DNA of 58,873 nt, filler included, from Sphacelaria rigidula (taxonomy: Eukaryota), in assembly GCA_964200075.2 (NCBI GenBank). It is 5 parts of 5 records of this genome, joined end to end, with 100 filler letters (N's around TTAATTAATTAA, not from the genome) between each part and the next. Parts side by side here need not be neighbours in the genome. Positions count along the whole stretch, not along the records: positions 35,386 to 47,079 come from CAXNAA020004618.1; positions 47,180 to 58,873 come from CAXNAA020004619.1; 3 more parts are not named here. The stretch is one strand, 5' to 3'. Within the stretch, counting starts at the first letter, position 1; each line of letters opens with the position of its first letter. Under the pieces are notes generated by a model. That model had not been told where the DNA came from. It ran no database searches and saw only the letters and a program-made list of their open reading frames with translations. Positions 36,179 through 48,799 of this stretch are shown piece by piece. Position numbers and translations under genes: made by a program.

Positions 36179-37794
36179 TGTGCAATTTCCCTAGAAGTCA
36201 CAATTATGCCCTCTTGTGTTCGTTGTTGTTTTCTTTTTCGGTCGAGCTGATCATACTCACTACTCGAAGCTTTCGGTTAAGAGCTGATGGCATGTTGCCG
36301 TCGCTGAATGCAGTTGGCGTTTAATTCTTGCTCCTGCTTTTTTTTCTCACCTGACACGACAGACAAGTTCATCAATACCCATAGATGGAGCTAGCCACCA
36401 TCTCGCTTCTTTTTTTCTTGTTGCCAATTTTCTCTCTCAACGAGAGAGCCACCCACGGTTGAGTACGCTAGCAAGCTCAGTAAGGCTATTATCGTGTTAC
36501 AAAGTGTGTGAGAGAGTGTTCGGGCTCTCCGTGTAAATTTGTTTGATATTTCCCATATCCTTTAATGTGCGTCTATTTTGATGTCGCTCGAATATAGCAT
36601 GTTTCTTTTGCAGTGTAGTAGCATTTCGAGCGCATATGGAGGAGAACCGCGTTGTGTGAGTCATGCTCGAGTGAAAATGTAGAAGTCATTCTCCATTGTG
36701 CGCGAGGCATCTTCAGCTTGTGTGTCATACTGTTCCATTTTAGGTCCATCTACAGGCTGGTTCAGGGTGAACGTCCAAAATGTAGTAATCAGCGAATGCC
36801 TTTCGCAGTGTCTGTCCATTAGCCGCATACATGGTGTATCATACTGACCGCCATGGACAATTGGAGAGGGTGACGTAGCCGGGTTGTTGTTCAAGGCCGC
36901 AACGGTAGGATGCTGAGGGCATAAATGTACCTCGACCAAGCAGCGGCCTTCGAATTGTTCTGAATTTGAGTACACGATTTTTAACCCAGTTTTTACCCAC
37001 TCTCGACATGCTTCAAAATCGTAGTAACCGCCATCAGCTCGGAAATATAACGGAGAAAACAGGCTTGAAAACGTTTACTATGGGGTCAACTTATACCCCA
37101 AACCGTTGTATTTTGGCGATGTGAGGTTTTGCGTCGTCGGATACTCACTCCAGCGAAGACGCACAAAGCTTACGGACGGTTTCCCTAGTATCTGTCGTAG
37201 AGCAGCTCAGATCTCAGGTCGCCCTCGAATCTTGCCGGTTCGGTGGGTATGTTGGTGCTCCACATGGAACAAGAAATACTGTTGAAGAAATATTCAAAAC
37301 TTTTGCCCCTCTTTACCGGCTTCCGAGAGTCCAGGCGTGGAGACCCCCGGAAGCCGGTAAAAAATGCCTCAAAGCAAAAAATTGGAAAATGTATTGCCGT
37401 TCCGGGGTAGTCCAAGGAACACTTTGTAGAAAGCGTCATTGCGAAACTCGATAAACCCATGCAACGGGATTATTTACACGTCCAAAAAAGGCGTCTTATA
37501 TTAAAATCAATGACTCACGAGGCTGTACCCGCACGATAAATACACTTCAGCGCACTCATCCGCCAAAAACGCGTCCGCAAAACTTGACGCCGGTTTTTGG
37601 AGTCAGACTCTGAAAATTTGAAAAAATGCACCCATGTGCTTTAGGTCACGGCAATTTTTTTCAAGTTGGGTTGATTTTTCAATTCGCCGGTTTCGGGGGT
37701 CCCAGAACGGCGTGTGATCCTCATGTATCTCACAAAACCCTGGGACCCTCGATAATCGGCGATAATACTGAAAACACGTCCTCATGTAAAGTTT

Positions 37795-38020
37795 TGCAAT
37801 GACCGAAAATTCGACTCAATGGACGACGAGGGAAAGGGACTGCTGAGCCCCTCTCGCGATAAAAAATAAGGCAAGCACCGCAGAAGGGAGGTGAAGAACT
37901 AAAAACAAGATAAAACAGGACTCCTATATTGGCGTTCCTCCTGTGTGACCCCGGCTGGTACGCCCACATATACCGTAAGGTGTAGACCGGCGTCCAGAAT
38001 AGATGGGACAGCAGCACAAA
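37795..38020 (+). mobile_element. SINE 3' part (same family as 56513-57948)
   Basis: cctgtgtgaccccggctgg...aggtgtagaccggcgtccagaatagatgggac is the reverse complement of about 56524-56594. Confidence 0.8.
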
Positions 38021-41000
38021 ACAACGACGTAAAGTACATGTGTGCGTATTTCAGAGTACGACTCCAAAACCGGCGTGAGGTTTTGCGGCGGTGTGCATTT
38101 TTGGGCGTCACCCTGAACCAGCCTGTAGAGAACCGGGGTATGCGAGTCATGCTCAAGTGTATGCTATGCTTCACCGCGAATCATACTCCAATGTGTGTGC
38201 ACGTCAAGGGTATGCGATGCGTCAGACACTGAGATGCAAAGGTACAGCGCATGGCGAAGGTAGCAGGAGCACGATCAGATTGTCAGTTCCATGAGTCGGC
38301 TGTTCTTTCCTTCAATTGAGATGCATGTCCAATAATTGCCTCGCAGACAGCCTCCGCCGACGCTTTAGTCAGCATATCCGACCATAGATGAGCGGGAGGG
38401 GGGGGGGGGGGGGAAGAAAGAAGCTTTGGGGACAGGAAAGGGGGGGCTTAAAAAAAAGGGAGGAGGTAGTAGGCGAAAACAGAAACGTGGGAAGTTTTCT
38501 GTTCATGATATGTTTTTTTCATCGAGGCGTTACGATTGCTGCTGGAAAGGGGCATGACTTATTTTACTTGTTCTGTTGTGTGCGCGCGTACGTTTTTTTT
38601 TTTTTTCTCGAAATACGCGGTTTACTTCTTGTTCGTCTTCGTGACTTTTTTTCGCTGAGACGTTGCGATTCCTGCTACAGTACTGAAAAAAAATGAGTGG
38701 ACTGGCTGCCTGCCTTCCTTCCTTCCTTCTCTGCTCTTGTTTTTTTTCTCCCGTCTTTTTCTAAACGAAGCACGCGAGGTTTCCCTCCGCCCGCCTTTTT
38801 CTATTCTTCATACCTCGTGTATTATTTCGCGCGTATGTGTGCTGTGTGATTGTTTTTATTCTTCGAGCAGAATCGCGTGCAAGATCGACTGTCGGAGGGC
38901 ACATGGATGTTACCCCCGGACCCGGCAGAGCTCCAGGCAGCAGCGGCCAAAAAAAAGATGCCCTGGTGGAAGGGGTGAGCCACAGCATGAATAATCACGA
39001 GATTGTTTTTCTTCTCACGATCGTTTTAGAGCGATTGACTGTCGCATTTTTTATGCCACCCACCCAAGCCATCCAATAGATATAAAATGGACGTGGTCAT
39101 AAGATACAAGATAGAGGTCGTGTAGGTGATGTCAGTAGACGGTAACCCGCTCGTTGAAGGACACTCGAAAAAGGGATGGCGGGGGGGGTAGAAAGGAAGG
39201 AATATAGGATGAACTGAAGAACTGGAGAACAGAAGTGGAAAAGGTGAAGATCCGAGGCTAAGAAGCGGTATAGATTGCGAGAAAAACCCTCCACGTTGAG
39301 GAGGCTGCACTACTAGGGGCAGGACCGGTTTAGCCACCAACTCCTCAGGAGGGAGACACAAGGACTGCTATGGCGGCTCAACGAGAGCGATTGATCGATT
39401 GATTAATTGCTCGCATTTGACTGATGTATGGGCATATTGGGTAGGCTATACCCGATGTTTTGGTACTTTGAAAAGTCGCACGCCATCTGCCTACGTCAGT
39501 CACAATTGAGTGCATGGGCTTTAGAGAGGGGCACAACAGCACTGGGCTGGCTGCTGCTGCGGGAATGGGTTGGATGTCCACTTTCCAAGATACCAACAAT
39601 ATTGGGTATACCCTACTCTACTCGCCGTTGGACTGATCCCCGAGGGGAGTAGCCGTGGTCGCAACGTGGATACATAGGTGAACCCTAGGTAGACAGTAAC
39701 GGGGAGAGTCGCGAAGGTGAATCGAGCAAGGGAGAAGATGAAGAGAAGAGGGAAGATCAACTTAGATTTGATTTTTTTCTTCCTGCCCCCCTCCCCCCCC
39801 CCCCCCTATCCCGCGCGCGCCCCTCCCCTGATTGTGTGTTTCGTGCTTGTTTCTGTCTCTTGACTACAGTACTTGAGTGTGGGTATTTTTGTCTTTGCTT
39901 CGGTTTCTTCTTCGGCAACATTTCGCTTGCTGTGTTTGGCTTCGTCTCTGTGCCCTCCTCACTGCCCCCCTCCCGTGAGCCTGGTCCGGCGAAAACCCGG
40001 CGTGCTCCGTCCCGGCTTTGTAGGGATGCGAGGTCAATGGTCTTACGACTATGGCAAGCATGATCATGAGTACACCCCCCTCCCGTGTCCCCGCCGTTTA
40101 CTGTGTCGTGTTATCTCGTGCGCGGTGTTGTTGACACATAGGCTCGTCCTTCGAGCTGCCGCGATGTACTTCAACTACCTCCAGGCCACACAACACATGC
40201 GACGCGCCAAAAAAGACTCGGAGAAAAGGGAGAAGGCTGTGCCGCGACTCCCGCTCTTCTAAATGAAAAAAAAGGGAGGAAAATCCGAACAAAAATCCCC
40301 CCTGTTGATCTGTCTGATCGGCGCGTTAAGTGTCGGGTGGGGAGGGGGGGAGGGTTAAGGTAGGGGGCGTACTCATTTGTTACGTCCCTTAAGTCGTTTG
40401 ACCATTGACCACGCATCCCTTTCGAGACGGAGCAATGCGGGGGAGAGAGGGGGGGCAGGGGATCTCATCAATTGTTCGCTCGGGAAGGAAGTTAGTGCTC
40501 TAGCTTTGTGTACGGGTGAGGTAGTGGTGTGTAGCTTTTTGTATAGAGTAATACTCGAATTATTAACGTTTCGAACACCAGGCGACAAAGAGAAATGACT
40601 CGAGAGAGGAAACAGGAGTACAGCTTTTTCTGCGGCTGTTGATGCCGTTTTCCCACGCCCATTCGCCCCCCTACAGTACAGTACCTTATGGAACATGAAG
40701 AGACAATTCGGGCACATGACTCAAGCCACCCGCACGACCGGTGAGCCTGTAACTCGTTCAAAGTTGGTCGTACGTATTTTTTTCTTTCAATATTTGTGTG
40801 GGGTATTCATGTCTCTCGATATTCAAAGTTTCGGATCAAACAGGAACCGTAGTGAGTCGTGGTAAACGTTTATCCTAAAAGAATCACCTGACATTGAATT
40901 AGTATGTATACGCTTTGAATGCTTCATATCTGTAGAAACAGGATCCTCCCGAGCTGGTCCGGGGAAGAAACCCCGAGAGTCGTTTGGCCAGAGGATGATG

Positions 41001-41161
41001 CGAAGACAAGCGGAGTATCTTGGCACTTCAAAGTATGTAGAAAATATCGAATTTTGGCGTCCTCATAATTACCGGGGTCGTGGTGAATCGCTAGCTGTGT
41101 GCGAGAAACAAGGGGCTTCCACCCTGGAACCTCTCGGCTAGATTGAGTGTACCGCATTTGA

Positions 41162-41570
41162 CATGAGATGTTGAGAATTGCGGATGGGTTTGTTTTTGAG
41201 GATGAGCCGTGGGGACGTTTAAAAGCATCGAGGCATTGTTTTGAAGATGCAAATGCACTCTCCAGCCGTGATATGTGGCGTTGCTCATCCTCAAGAAAAA
41301 TACATCTGCAATTTGTAAGATCCCCGTGTTGATCTTGAACAATATCGATCTCTCGTTCATATTCCCGTACAAAACGTCCACTCCATTTTTTTAGAATCCC
41401 GTGTTGACACAGGATTTTACAAATCGCGGGTGGATTCGTTAGGACGATCGAGGCCACGCATCACGGCAGGAGAGTATTATTTTTTCTTTTTCGACAACAC
41501 TTCGACGGTTCAAAATGTTTCCAGGCTTTGTCCTCAAAATCGAAACCATCCGCAACTTGTAAATCCCGTG
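41162..41570. mobile_element. Tandem cluster of short family-A MITEs
   Basis: Units 41162-41328 (flanked by ttga on both sides) and 41408-41570, plus a lone right end at 41403. Confidence 0.75.
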
Positions 41571-41707
41571 TTATTTCACTAATGAGTTATCTGATTTGCT
41601 CTATTTTGATGAAATTTCGTTTTTTTCGTGTGTTCTTTGCCCGTAGCAATCTCGTGTGTCTACAGCTACACGTCGATGTGCTACTCAGTAAAATCAAAGG
41701 CTTTGAA

Positions 41708-42321
41708 CAGCCGATCATCGAAATTTAGGAAGGATTTTTTCATTGAGGATGATAACACGGAAAATTAAAATCTCCGCATCCACGCCAATTCTTCGAAATA
41801 TGGTTCCATTCCTTCCATCTGCTGGTAGCTATTGACAACAACTACACGCCATAAAAAGCTTCGATTCTGATGGCCGAAATGTGGGGGTCCCAAGTGCAAA
41901 ACAAATCTTGGGAGTTTAGGTGATCCGGCCGGATCACTTGGATTCCCACCATTTTCTCTTTCACCGAGGACCCCCAGATTTCGGTCATCGGAATCCAAAT
42001 TTTCATGACGTGCAGTCGTTGTCAATAGTTACCAGCGGATACAGGAATGAAACCATATCTCGAAGAAATGGTGTGGATGCGAAAATTTTAATTTTTGGGT
42101 TTATCATACTCAATGAAAAAATGAAAAGCTCAATGTCGATGATCAGCTGTTATTTCGGTTATCGGAATCCAATTTTTATGGCGCGTAGTAGTTGTCTACA
42201 GCTACCAGGAGTTGAAGGAATGCAGCCATATTTCGAAGATTTGATGTGGATACGAAGATTTTAAGTTTCCGGGTTATCATCCTCATTGAAAAGCTCCACC
42301 CTCAACTTTGATGATCGGCTG
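41708..42321. mobile_element. Family-A MITE with variant termini and a duplicated right arm
   Basis: CAGCCGATCATC...GATGATCGGCTG; the right arm ends once at about 42149 and again at 42321. Confidence 0.82.
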
Positions 42322-43090
42322 TTCGAAGAGTAAGTCCTTGCATATATATTCCGTAAACACAGAAAAGCGCCAGTGTACGATTCTTTGAAATTGCGACGGG
42401 TAAATGTCCTGCTCTCGCATTCATACTTGTGGTATTGTTCGGAAAATTATCTTTGCAATATATGGGATTGTGTGCGACCTCTAACGGACGATCCTGAAAA
42501 TGGGAACGAACTATGTTGATGGGGACGAAGAAAATGAAATGGTGCTCAAAGTTGTTCGAAATGGTACATATGCTGTACCTTCCGATGATGTAGAACGAAT
42601 GAATTTCCCCGACCTTCAACAATCCAAACAATTCCGAACAAATGTCAAAGGGTTTATTCGAAAATGGGGTTCAACATCGTGGTGAGGTCGAACCTGCTTT
42701 TGGAATTTCGCCATTCTTATATGGAGAGTGGGAGCGAGGAAAGCGCCTATGCCTTGTATATTTGTGTCAGAAGCGAAGTAAGAGTGGCTGGGTGTACCCA
42801 ACTCATTCGGTGTGCACGTGTGTCGATCGATGACGATGCCACCGGAGGAGCAATGGCGGAGAGAAAGCTCCTCGCCCGCGTACATCGTGCGCCTTCGTTC
42901 GACGATTCCCGACTGGTCGGAAGATTGGCAATTGTATGCCACCGTACAGACCGTTTGCCGGCCCTTCCGTCGGCACAACAAAGGCCGGTGGGTTGTATTC
43001 CGTGGCCCGTGTCGAAGGATAAATAGTTTTTGTCCTTTGTATTATTGGAGAGTGCCTAGACTGAGTCGACCCTATGACTGAGGGATCAGA

Positions 43091-43234
43091 TGTTGAGTGA
43101 GCTCAGCAGGCAGCGTCGTAGCTGCCGTGAGCGGGGCGCTGTAGTCACACACACTCGACTACCAGTACCCGCACGTCTGGATTAATCTATCCGCACATGT
43201 GCATGTTCACTCAGTGTACCTGTTCACATGAACA
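43091..43234 (-). repeat. 3' LTR (144 bp) of the copia element with adjacent polypurine tract
   Basis: Bounded by TGTT...AACA and immediately followed on + by tcccctctg (PPT CAGAGGGGA on the minus strand). Confidence 0.85.
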
Positions 43235-43524
43235 TCCCCTCTGAACCGGTATACAGTCGTCGTGGCTTTCTCTCTAAAAAAAAGTTTCAAGGGTAAAACC
43301 CGGCCATCCGGGCAAAACCCCCCTCCCCTCAACAGCTTGTGCTCCATCTAGATAGTCCATGGACGCCGGTCAAGGCAGATACACGACATGTCAGGAAATG
43401 CCCTACAGAACCCATGCCCCTCAAAGTAGCGTGGGTGGCTTAGCCCAAAATGCGCATAAATGCATCACTTAAACATCTAAAAATACCCGGCACGAGCACA
43501 ATGATATACACATAAAAAACGCAC

Positions 43525-44187
43525 CTACTTGTCACCTTCCAAGTTCATAAAAAGACATCTGTGCCTCGTGAACAGGCTGATCGAAAGAGGCTTCGTCAAA
43601 ATATTTGCATGCTGCCATCCTAAGCCTACCTGTACAACCCTGACCTTTCCCGTCCCCACCAGCTCTCGAATGAAGTGGTATCTCACGTCTATGTGCTTAC
43701 TCCTCTCGGAACTGAGAGGATTTTCGGCTAGAGCTTTTGCTCCCTCGTTGTCCTCGCACAAAAGAACACCTCGGTTCTCCCCGCTTCCCGACACAGTCTG
43801 CGGTCGCAAGAACGTCAACACTGCCTTCACAAACAATTCCTCCTTTGCCCCCTCGGCCATTGCAACATACTCTGCCTCCGTAGTTGACAGAGTTACGCAG
43901 TGTCGCGTGCGGCTCGTTGCCGACACTACCACACCACCGTACATCACGGCTACCCCCGACACCGAACGCCTATCCCTTTCCTTCTTGGCGTAATCTGCAT
44001 CGCAGTAGACTGAAAGCCCGTCATGAGCTTCCTTGAACGTAAGTCCCAAACCCTTCGTCTCATTTAGGTACTTCAACACTTTCATAACAGCTTCGCAGCG
44101 CCTCTCGCATGAATCATGCGACTGCCGAGCAAGCGCTCGTACCGAATTCGCGATGTTGGGTCTGGTGACTGTTGCCAGCCACATCAA
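43525..44187 (-). pseudogene. Copia RT C-terminus and RNase H
   Basis: 220-aa ORF with Ty1 RNase H motifs. Confidence 0.93.
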
Positions 44188-44250
44188 CCCTCCCCACTGC
44201 GTTACGGTATGGGCGATTCACCTTTTGTCTTCGCCCGTTGTCGGCCCCAA

Positions 44251-45123
44251 CTATACAAAAACAGAGGCAGGGATTTCCGAGTACCCCCTCACCTCAAAAC
44301 TCTCTAGGAGCGTGTCCGTGAACGTGGTTTGCGTGACAGACAGCGTGCCTCTATCCCAGTCTCTACCCACTGTGCACCCCATGTACCAGGTTACCTCTCC
44401 GAGATTGTTCGTTGGGAACTTTTTGTTGAGGATTTGACCCACCTTTCCTACATATTCCTCAGAACCACTGATAAGGATGTTGTCCACATGGACGACTAAA
44501 ATCACACGCACGTCTCCTGCATCCTCCATATTGAAAACATATGGATCAGCTTCGCACTGCACCATCCCGACATCCTCCAGTAAAGTTTGACACAGAAGAC
44601 GAGACCACTGCCTGCCTGCTTGCTTGATCCCGTAAATAGATTTTTCAAGCTTTACGGTCACGTCTGTCAAAACCGAGCATCCTTAAGGCAATCTCATGTA
44701 CACTTCAGTATCCATTTCTGCTTGAACAAAAGCCTGTGTCACATCAAAATGGTATAGCGGCCACTCTTCCTGAACTGCCACTGCCATGACCAGTTTGATG
44801 GAGGCCATAGAGGGCGTTGCCGCGAAACTCTCGAAATAGTTGACTGCAAAACGTTGTCCAAATCCTCGCGCTACCAACCTTGCCTTTGCCTTCGTTACAG
44901 TACCGTCTGCGTCAGTCTTCCAACAAAAAACCCACTTCGCTGAAATCACGTTCGCTGCTTCCGGTACAGGGCCAATCGAAAATGTTCCAGCCTTTTCGTG
45001 ACCTCCTAGCTCGGCCTGCATCTCGCCTAACCATGCCTCTCGAAATTCTGACTTGGCAATGTCATCCATACTGGTTGGTGCTACCTCTATTTCGCTCACG
45101 TGTAGACCAACTGGTGAACGCAA
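44251..45123 (-). pseudogene. Copia reverse transcriptase (two ORF pieces)
   Basis: ORFs 44683-45123 and 44251-44670 with RVT_2 motifs, separated by a stop. Confidence 0.93.
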
Positions 45124-46099
45124 ACCGAAGTCAGGCTGCCCTACCCTGTTTTCCTCAGCGACAAAACAAAAAAAACTCGTTTTCAGCTAACTCGTGTTGA
45201 GTCGAAACGATTGCGTCTTGCCCAGCCACCTGTCCTGCTGCCGCGGTGATCATCTCCATGGTTGAGCATCTGTCCTCCGCCATTCCCGTCAGCGCTATCT
45301 CCGCTTCCTTCTTGCTTTCCTCCGCTCCGCCAGCCACCAGCGTTTCGTCTCGTGCGTGCACCGACCCCATTGCCTCGCGCGTTTGGCTCCTCGTACGCCC
45401 CGCCCTTGGTGTTGGTACCCGGTCAGCCCACGCAAGACGGCGTTGCTCGGTCCTCGGGAGTTGAGGAGCGTCGCCGCCCCCCCCGCCATCTTGCGCATCT
45501 TGCGGGACCCGTGGAAGAGGGTGACAGTACGGGCGACGAGGCAGTGTCCGATGCCGATGTGAGCGTCGGCATAGGTGCCCGCGTCGGCGTAGGTGTCGGC
45601 GTTTGCGCTGGTGTCTGCGTCGGCGTAGGTATCGGCGTCTGCGTTGATGTCGGCGTCGGCGTAGGTGTCGGCGTCTGTGCTGGTGTCGGCGTCGGCGCTG
45701 ATGTTAGCGTTGATGATGATGATGATGATTCCGGCTCCACCTCACCCCCTCCGTTGACAAAATCTGGAACGGGGATCTCTGGTCTCCCCCCGCCTTTCAC
45801 CCCCCCTCGCGGGGACGGTGAAGGCAGTTCGCTCCCTCCACTACTGACGGGGATCTGTGGAGCTTCTCCGCCCCTCCCACCGAAGGAACTCGGCGGGGAG
45901 GACGGCGCGCTTGAGGAACCGCTGGGCGAAGTGTCCACTGTCGAGCTTCCCGTCCTGTCTTCACCCACATCCTGGCCTTGATCGACGCTGGAATACTTCA
46001 GCTCGCCCGGCGTCTGGATCGCTTGCTGTAGTGTTCGGGGGGGGGGGAGCGGACGTACGTGCCCATGTTACATGTTGTCTTGTCACGGAGATAGTTCCT

Positions 46100-46930
46100 C
46101 GTATAGTCAGAACTCGCATCGCGTCACGTGGGTAGCCCTCGGCTGGGCTCAAGTATCAGTATTTTTCGGCCTTCGGCTGTAATTTATTTGTCCGCTTCCT
46201 CCTACAAAAATCAGGCTTCAAGAACGGAATGTGAGCACCTTCCGGTGGTGATCCATACCACATCTCATGCGGTGATTTGTGGCGCGGGTTAGCGGAGGTA
46301 GCGGTACAGTTCAGGGCGTGACACGCCCAGTTTGCCTGTTCAGCCCACAGGCTGTCACCATTTGGGATGCGCTCATCGGGGTACAGCTTAGATGCTTGGA
46401 TTCTGGCCGCAAGGCCTGCTGTTTCGATGATACCTAATGCTCGCTCTGCTACACCGTTGAACTGGGGTGAGTCGGCAGTTGTCTTCTCCTACTTGATCTT
46501 TTCCCTGTCGCACAGTTCACCAAATGCACCCTCCGAAAATTCACCCCCGTCATCGCTACGGACTATCTCAATTTTTCTCGGAGAGACCCATGCAATGTAT
46601 TTCGCGAAGTATCTCTCTGCCTCATCCTTCTTACGGAGGAAATACAGCTTTGTGTGCCGTGAGTGATCATCTCGGACAATCATCGTGCACGACTTTCCCC
46701 CTTTAGACTTGACTGGTTTCGGTCCGGAAAGATATACAAACACCCTAGACGCTGACTCAGCTGCTCTCGTGGGCGTCAATCTTGGAATCGGTGACCGCAG
46801 TCCCTTCGCCTCTGAGCAGCCGCGGCAGGGCTGCAGCTCCCCAGTCAGCTGCTTTCCCTGCTGCCTCACCGTCTTCCTCAGTAAATCCTTGTGGACGTGA
46901 GCGTGGGAACAGTAGAACTCGTTGGTGTCA
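46100..46930 (-). pseudogene. Copia integrase
   Basis: ORF 46489-46869 plus downstream SPQFNGVAER and NPRHKSPHEMWYG frames. Confidence 0.9.
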
Positions 46931-47079
46931 GCGGTCTATAGACTCTAGCCATCATTCTTACCTAAGGTCAGGGGCATTTGTAGATGGAGTTGCGGGTCTG
47001 ATTGCCAGACTCTGTGATGGTGACCTCCATGACGAGTAGGCCCGGTTTTGCTACTCTGGTGGAGAGAGGCTATGGTCCT

Positions 47080-47179
47080 NNNNNNNNNNNNNNNNNNNNN
47101 NNNNNNNNNNNNNNNNNNNNNNNTTAATTAATTAANNNNNNNNNNNNNNNNNNNNNNNNNNNNNNNNNNNNNNNNNNNN
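47080..47179. other. Artificial contig-join spacer
   Basis: Same 100-bp spacer. Confidence 0.98.
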
Positions 47180-47839
47180 GGGGTGGTGTTTGTTTTGTGG
47201 TGGGTGTGTGTTTCGTTGGGTGGTGGGGGGGGGGGGTGGTGGGGGGGGGGGGGGGGATGGAGAGACGGATCTCAAGTGGAGTAATATAGTATGGGTGGGA
47301 GAAAGTCGGGGTTATTCTCTGAGGGACGTGGCCATGTTTTCTCGGATGGTAGTGCAGGGGGGGTGTGCCTACGGGAGGGATTCGAATTCGAGGGAAAGGT
47401 CGACAAATGAATCTCGCTCGGCGTAATATAGTATGCATAGAAAAGGGAGGGATTGGTATCTGAAGGGTGTTGTTGTATTCTATCTGAAAGTATCATAGAG
47501 GTATACCTACCAGAGGACTTAGGGTTAAGGGGGATGGCGTACTCATTTCTTGCTTGCCTCAGTAGTTTGACAAATAGTGACAACACATCCGTCGCGAGAC
47601 GGTGCAGGGCACAAGGAGAGGGGGGGGAGGGGGGGGGCGTACTCATTTGTTGCTTGCCTTAGTCGTGTGACAATTGACCACGCATCCCTTTCGAGACGGA
47701 GCACAAGGAGAGGGGGAAAGGAGATGAATCTCGAGTGAAGACAAGCAGACATGAATGAGAAAAGGAGTAATCGTTGAGTTTCGTTGCGGCCATGGCTTGC
47801 AACGTCACCATTTATACCCTTTTCACACAAAAATCAGTA

Positions 47840-48431
47840 CTTCCTCTGTCCCATAAGTCTGGGGAGTTATGGGCGTGTAATTGTTTGCGCACTTATACTT
47901 TTCCGATCATTCTATAGTTAGGTTCGTTGGAAAGATGAAGACTTAACGAAACTGATGCAAAAAAAAAGAAGCCGGTTTTCAATACTACAATGAATCCAAA
48001 ATGTGCCCATATTGGCCCATTTTTGAAATTTTGATTTTAGATTTGTTTTCAGATTTGTTTTGAGAATTCGTGTTTACCACCCCTAGACCTAGCCCACAGT
48101 GTGGGTTCAATATTATACTGGTTTTAGAATGGTGAATTGCGACATGGATCGTTGAGTAGAGGGGGGTTAGGTTTAGGGTTGGGGATTATTTTGGGGGGTT
48201 TTTAGTGTGGTTTTTTTATAGTGTCCCCAGTGGAAAGTGGTCAAAATACGGCCACTTTTGGCTTGACTATTTTTTTGTTAGCCGCTAGCACATGCAGGGT
48301 AGTGCGCAAGAAAAAAAAATGTGTTTCAACCCGAAGAACGCTCAAGATTTCCAGAAATTATCGCCGAAGACATCCGACACCGTTAAAGGCTCGTACAAAC
48401 ATAACTCCCCAGACTTATGGGACAGAGGAAG
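47840..48431. mobile_element. Stowaway-like (Tc1/mariner) MITE, 592 bp
   Basis: Perfect 32-bp TIR CTTCCTCTGTCCCATAAGTCTGGGGAGTTATG, with TA on both flanks. Confidence 0.92.
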
Positions 48432-48799
48432 TATATACAGAGTAGTCTCTGGCACTTCCGAGCGTCGCCAACCTTGTTTCGATGGCGGTTGTTGTACATC
48501 AATGCTTCTTGCTTACGTGGCACTACTACAAGGTTCGGACGAGTTATCATCGGCTCGAATCGCCAACTCCACGACTTTGTAGGCCTGACTGCTCAAAAGA
48601 GATTCTTGTTTTCCCGGCTGGTCAAGAACGTCTCCACAAGATGTTTGCGCCATTTCCACGTACCTGGGGGGCGCGTACCTTACGGACTGGTTGCAACGCT
48701 GAGAATAAATACCAAGAAGATTGGTTCGTGCCGTACGAATCGATTACACTAAAATCAAGCAATTTCCAGACGGATCATTAGTTTGTCCGACCCCTGTAC

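Larger units (their letters stand above)
43091..47079 (-). mobile_element. Ty1/copia LTR retrotransposon, degenerate, 5' part cut by contig end
   Basis: Order GAG-pre-integrase (HAHVH...CRGCSEAK), integrase (IVRDDHSR, VRSDDGGEF), RT (KWVF, KAKARLVARGF, FDVTQAF, SIYGIKQAGRQW, VHVDNILI), RNase H (YCDADYA, LSTTEAEY, CEDNEGA, SKHIDVRYHFIRE). Stops and frameshifts lie between the segments. Confidence 0.96.

Noticed and set aside
36755-36790. FWTFTLNQ resembling CRESS-virus Rep motif I
   Set aside because: No HxQ, YxxK or Walker motifs follow, and the homologous copy reads FLGVTLNQ.
40924-41457. 177-aa ORF
   Set aside because: It runs across tandem family-A MITE termini and is most likely a chance open frame.
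45262-45981. 239-aa Gly/Val-rich plus-strand ORF
   Set aside because: It is the antisense of the copia low-complexity linker.
48165-48186. Telomere-like TTAGGG motifs
   Set aside because: Only one or two degenerate units, inside a MITE.
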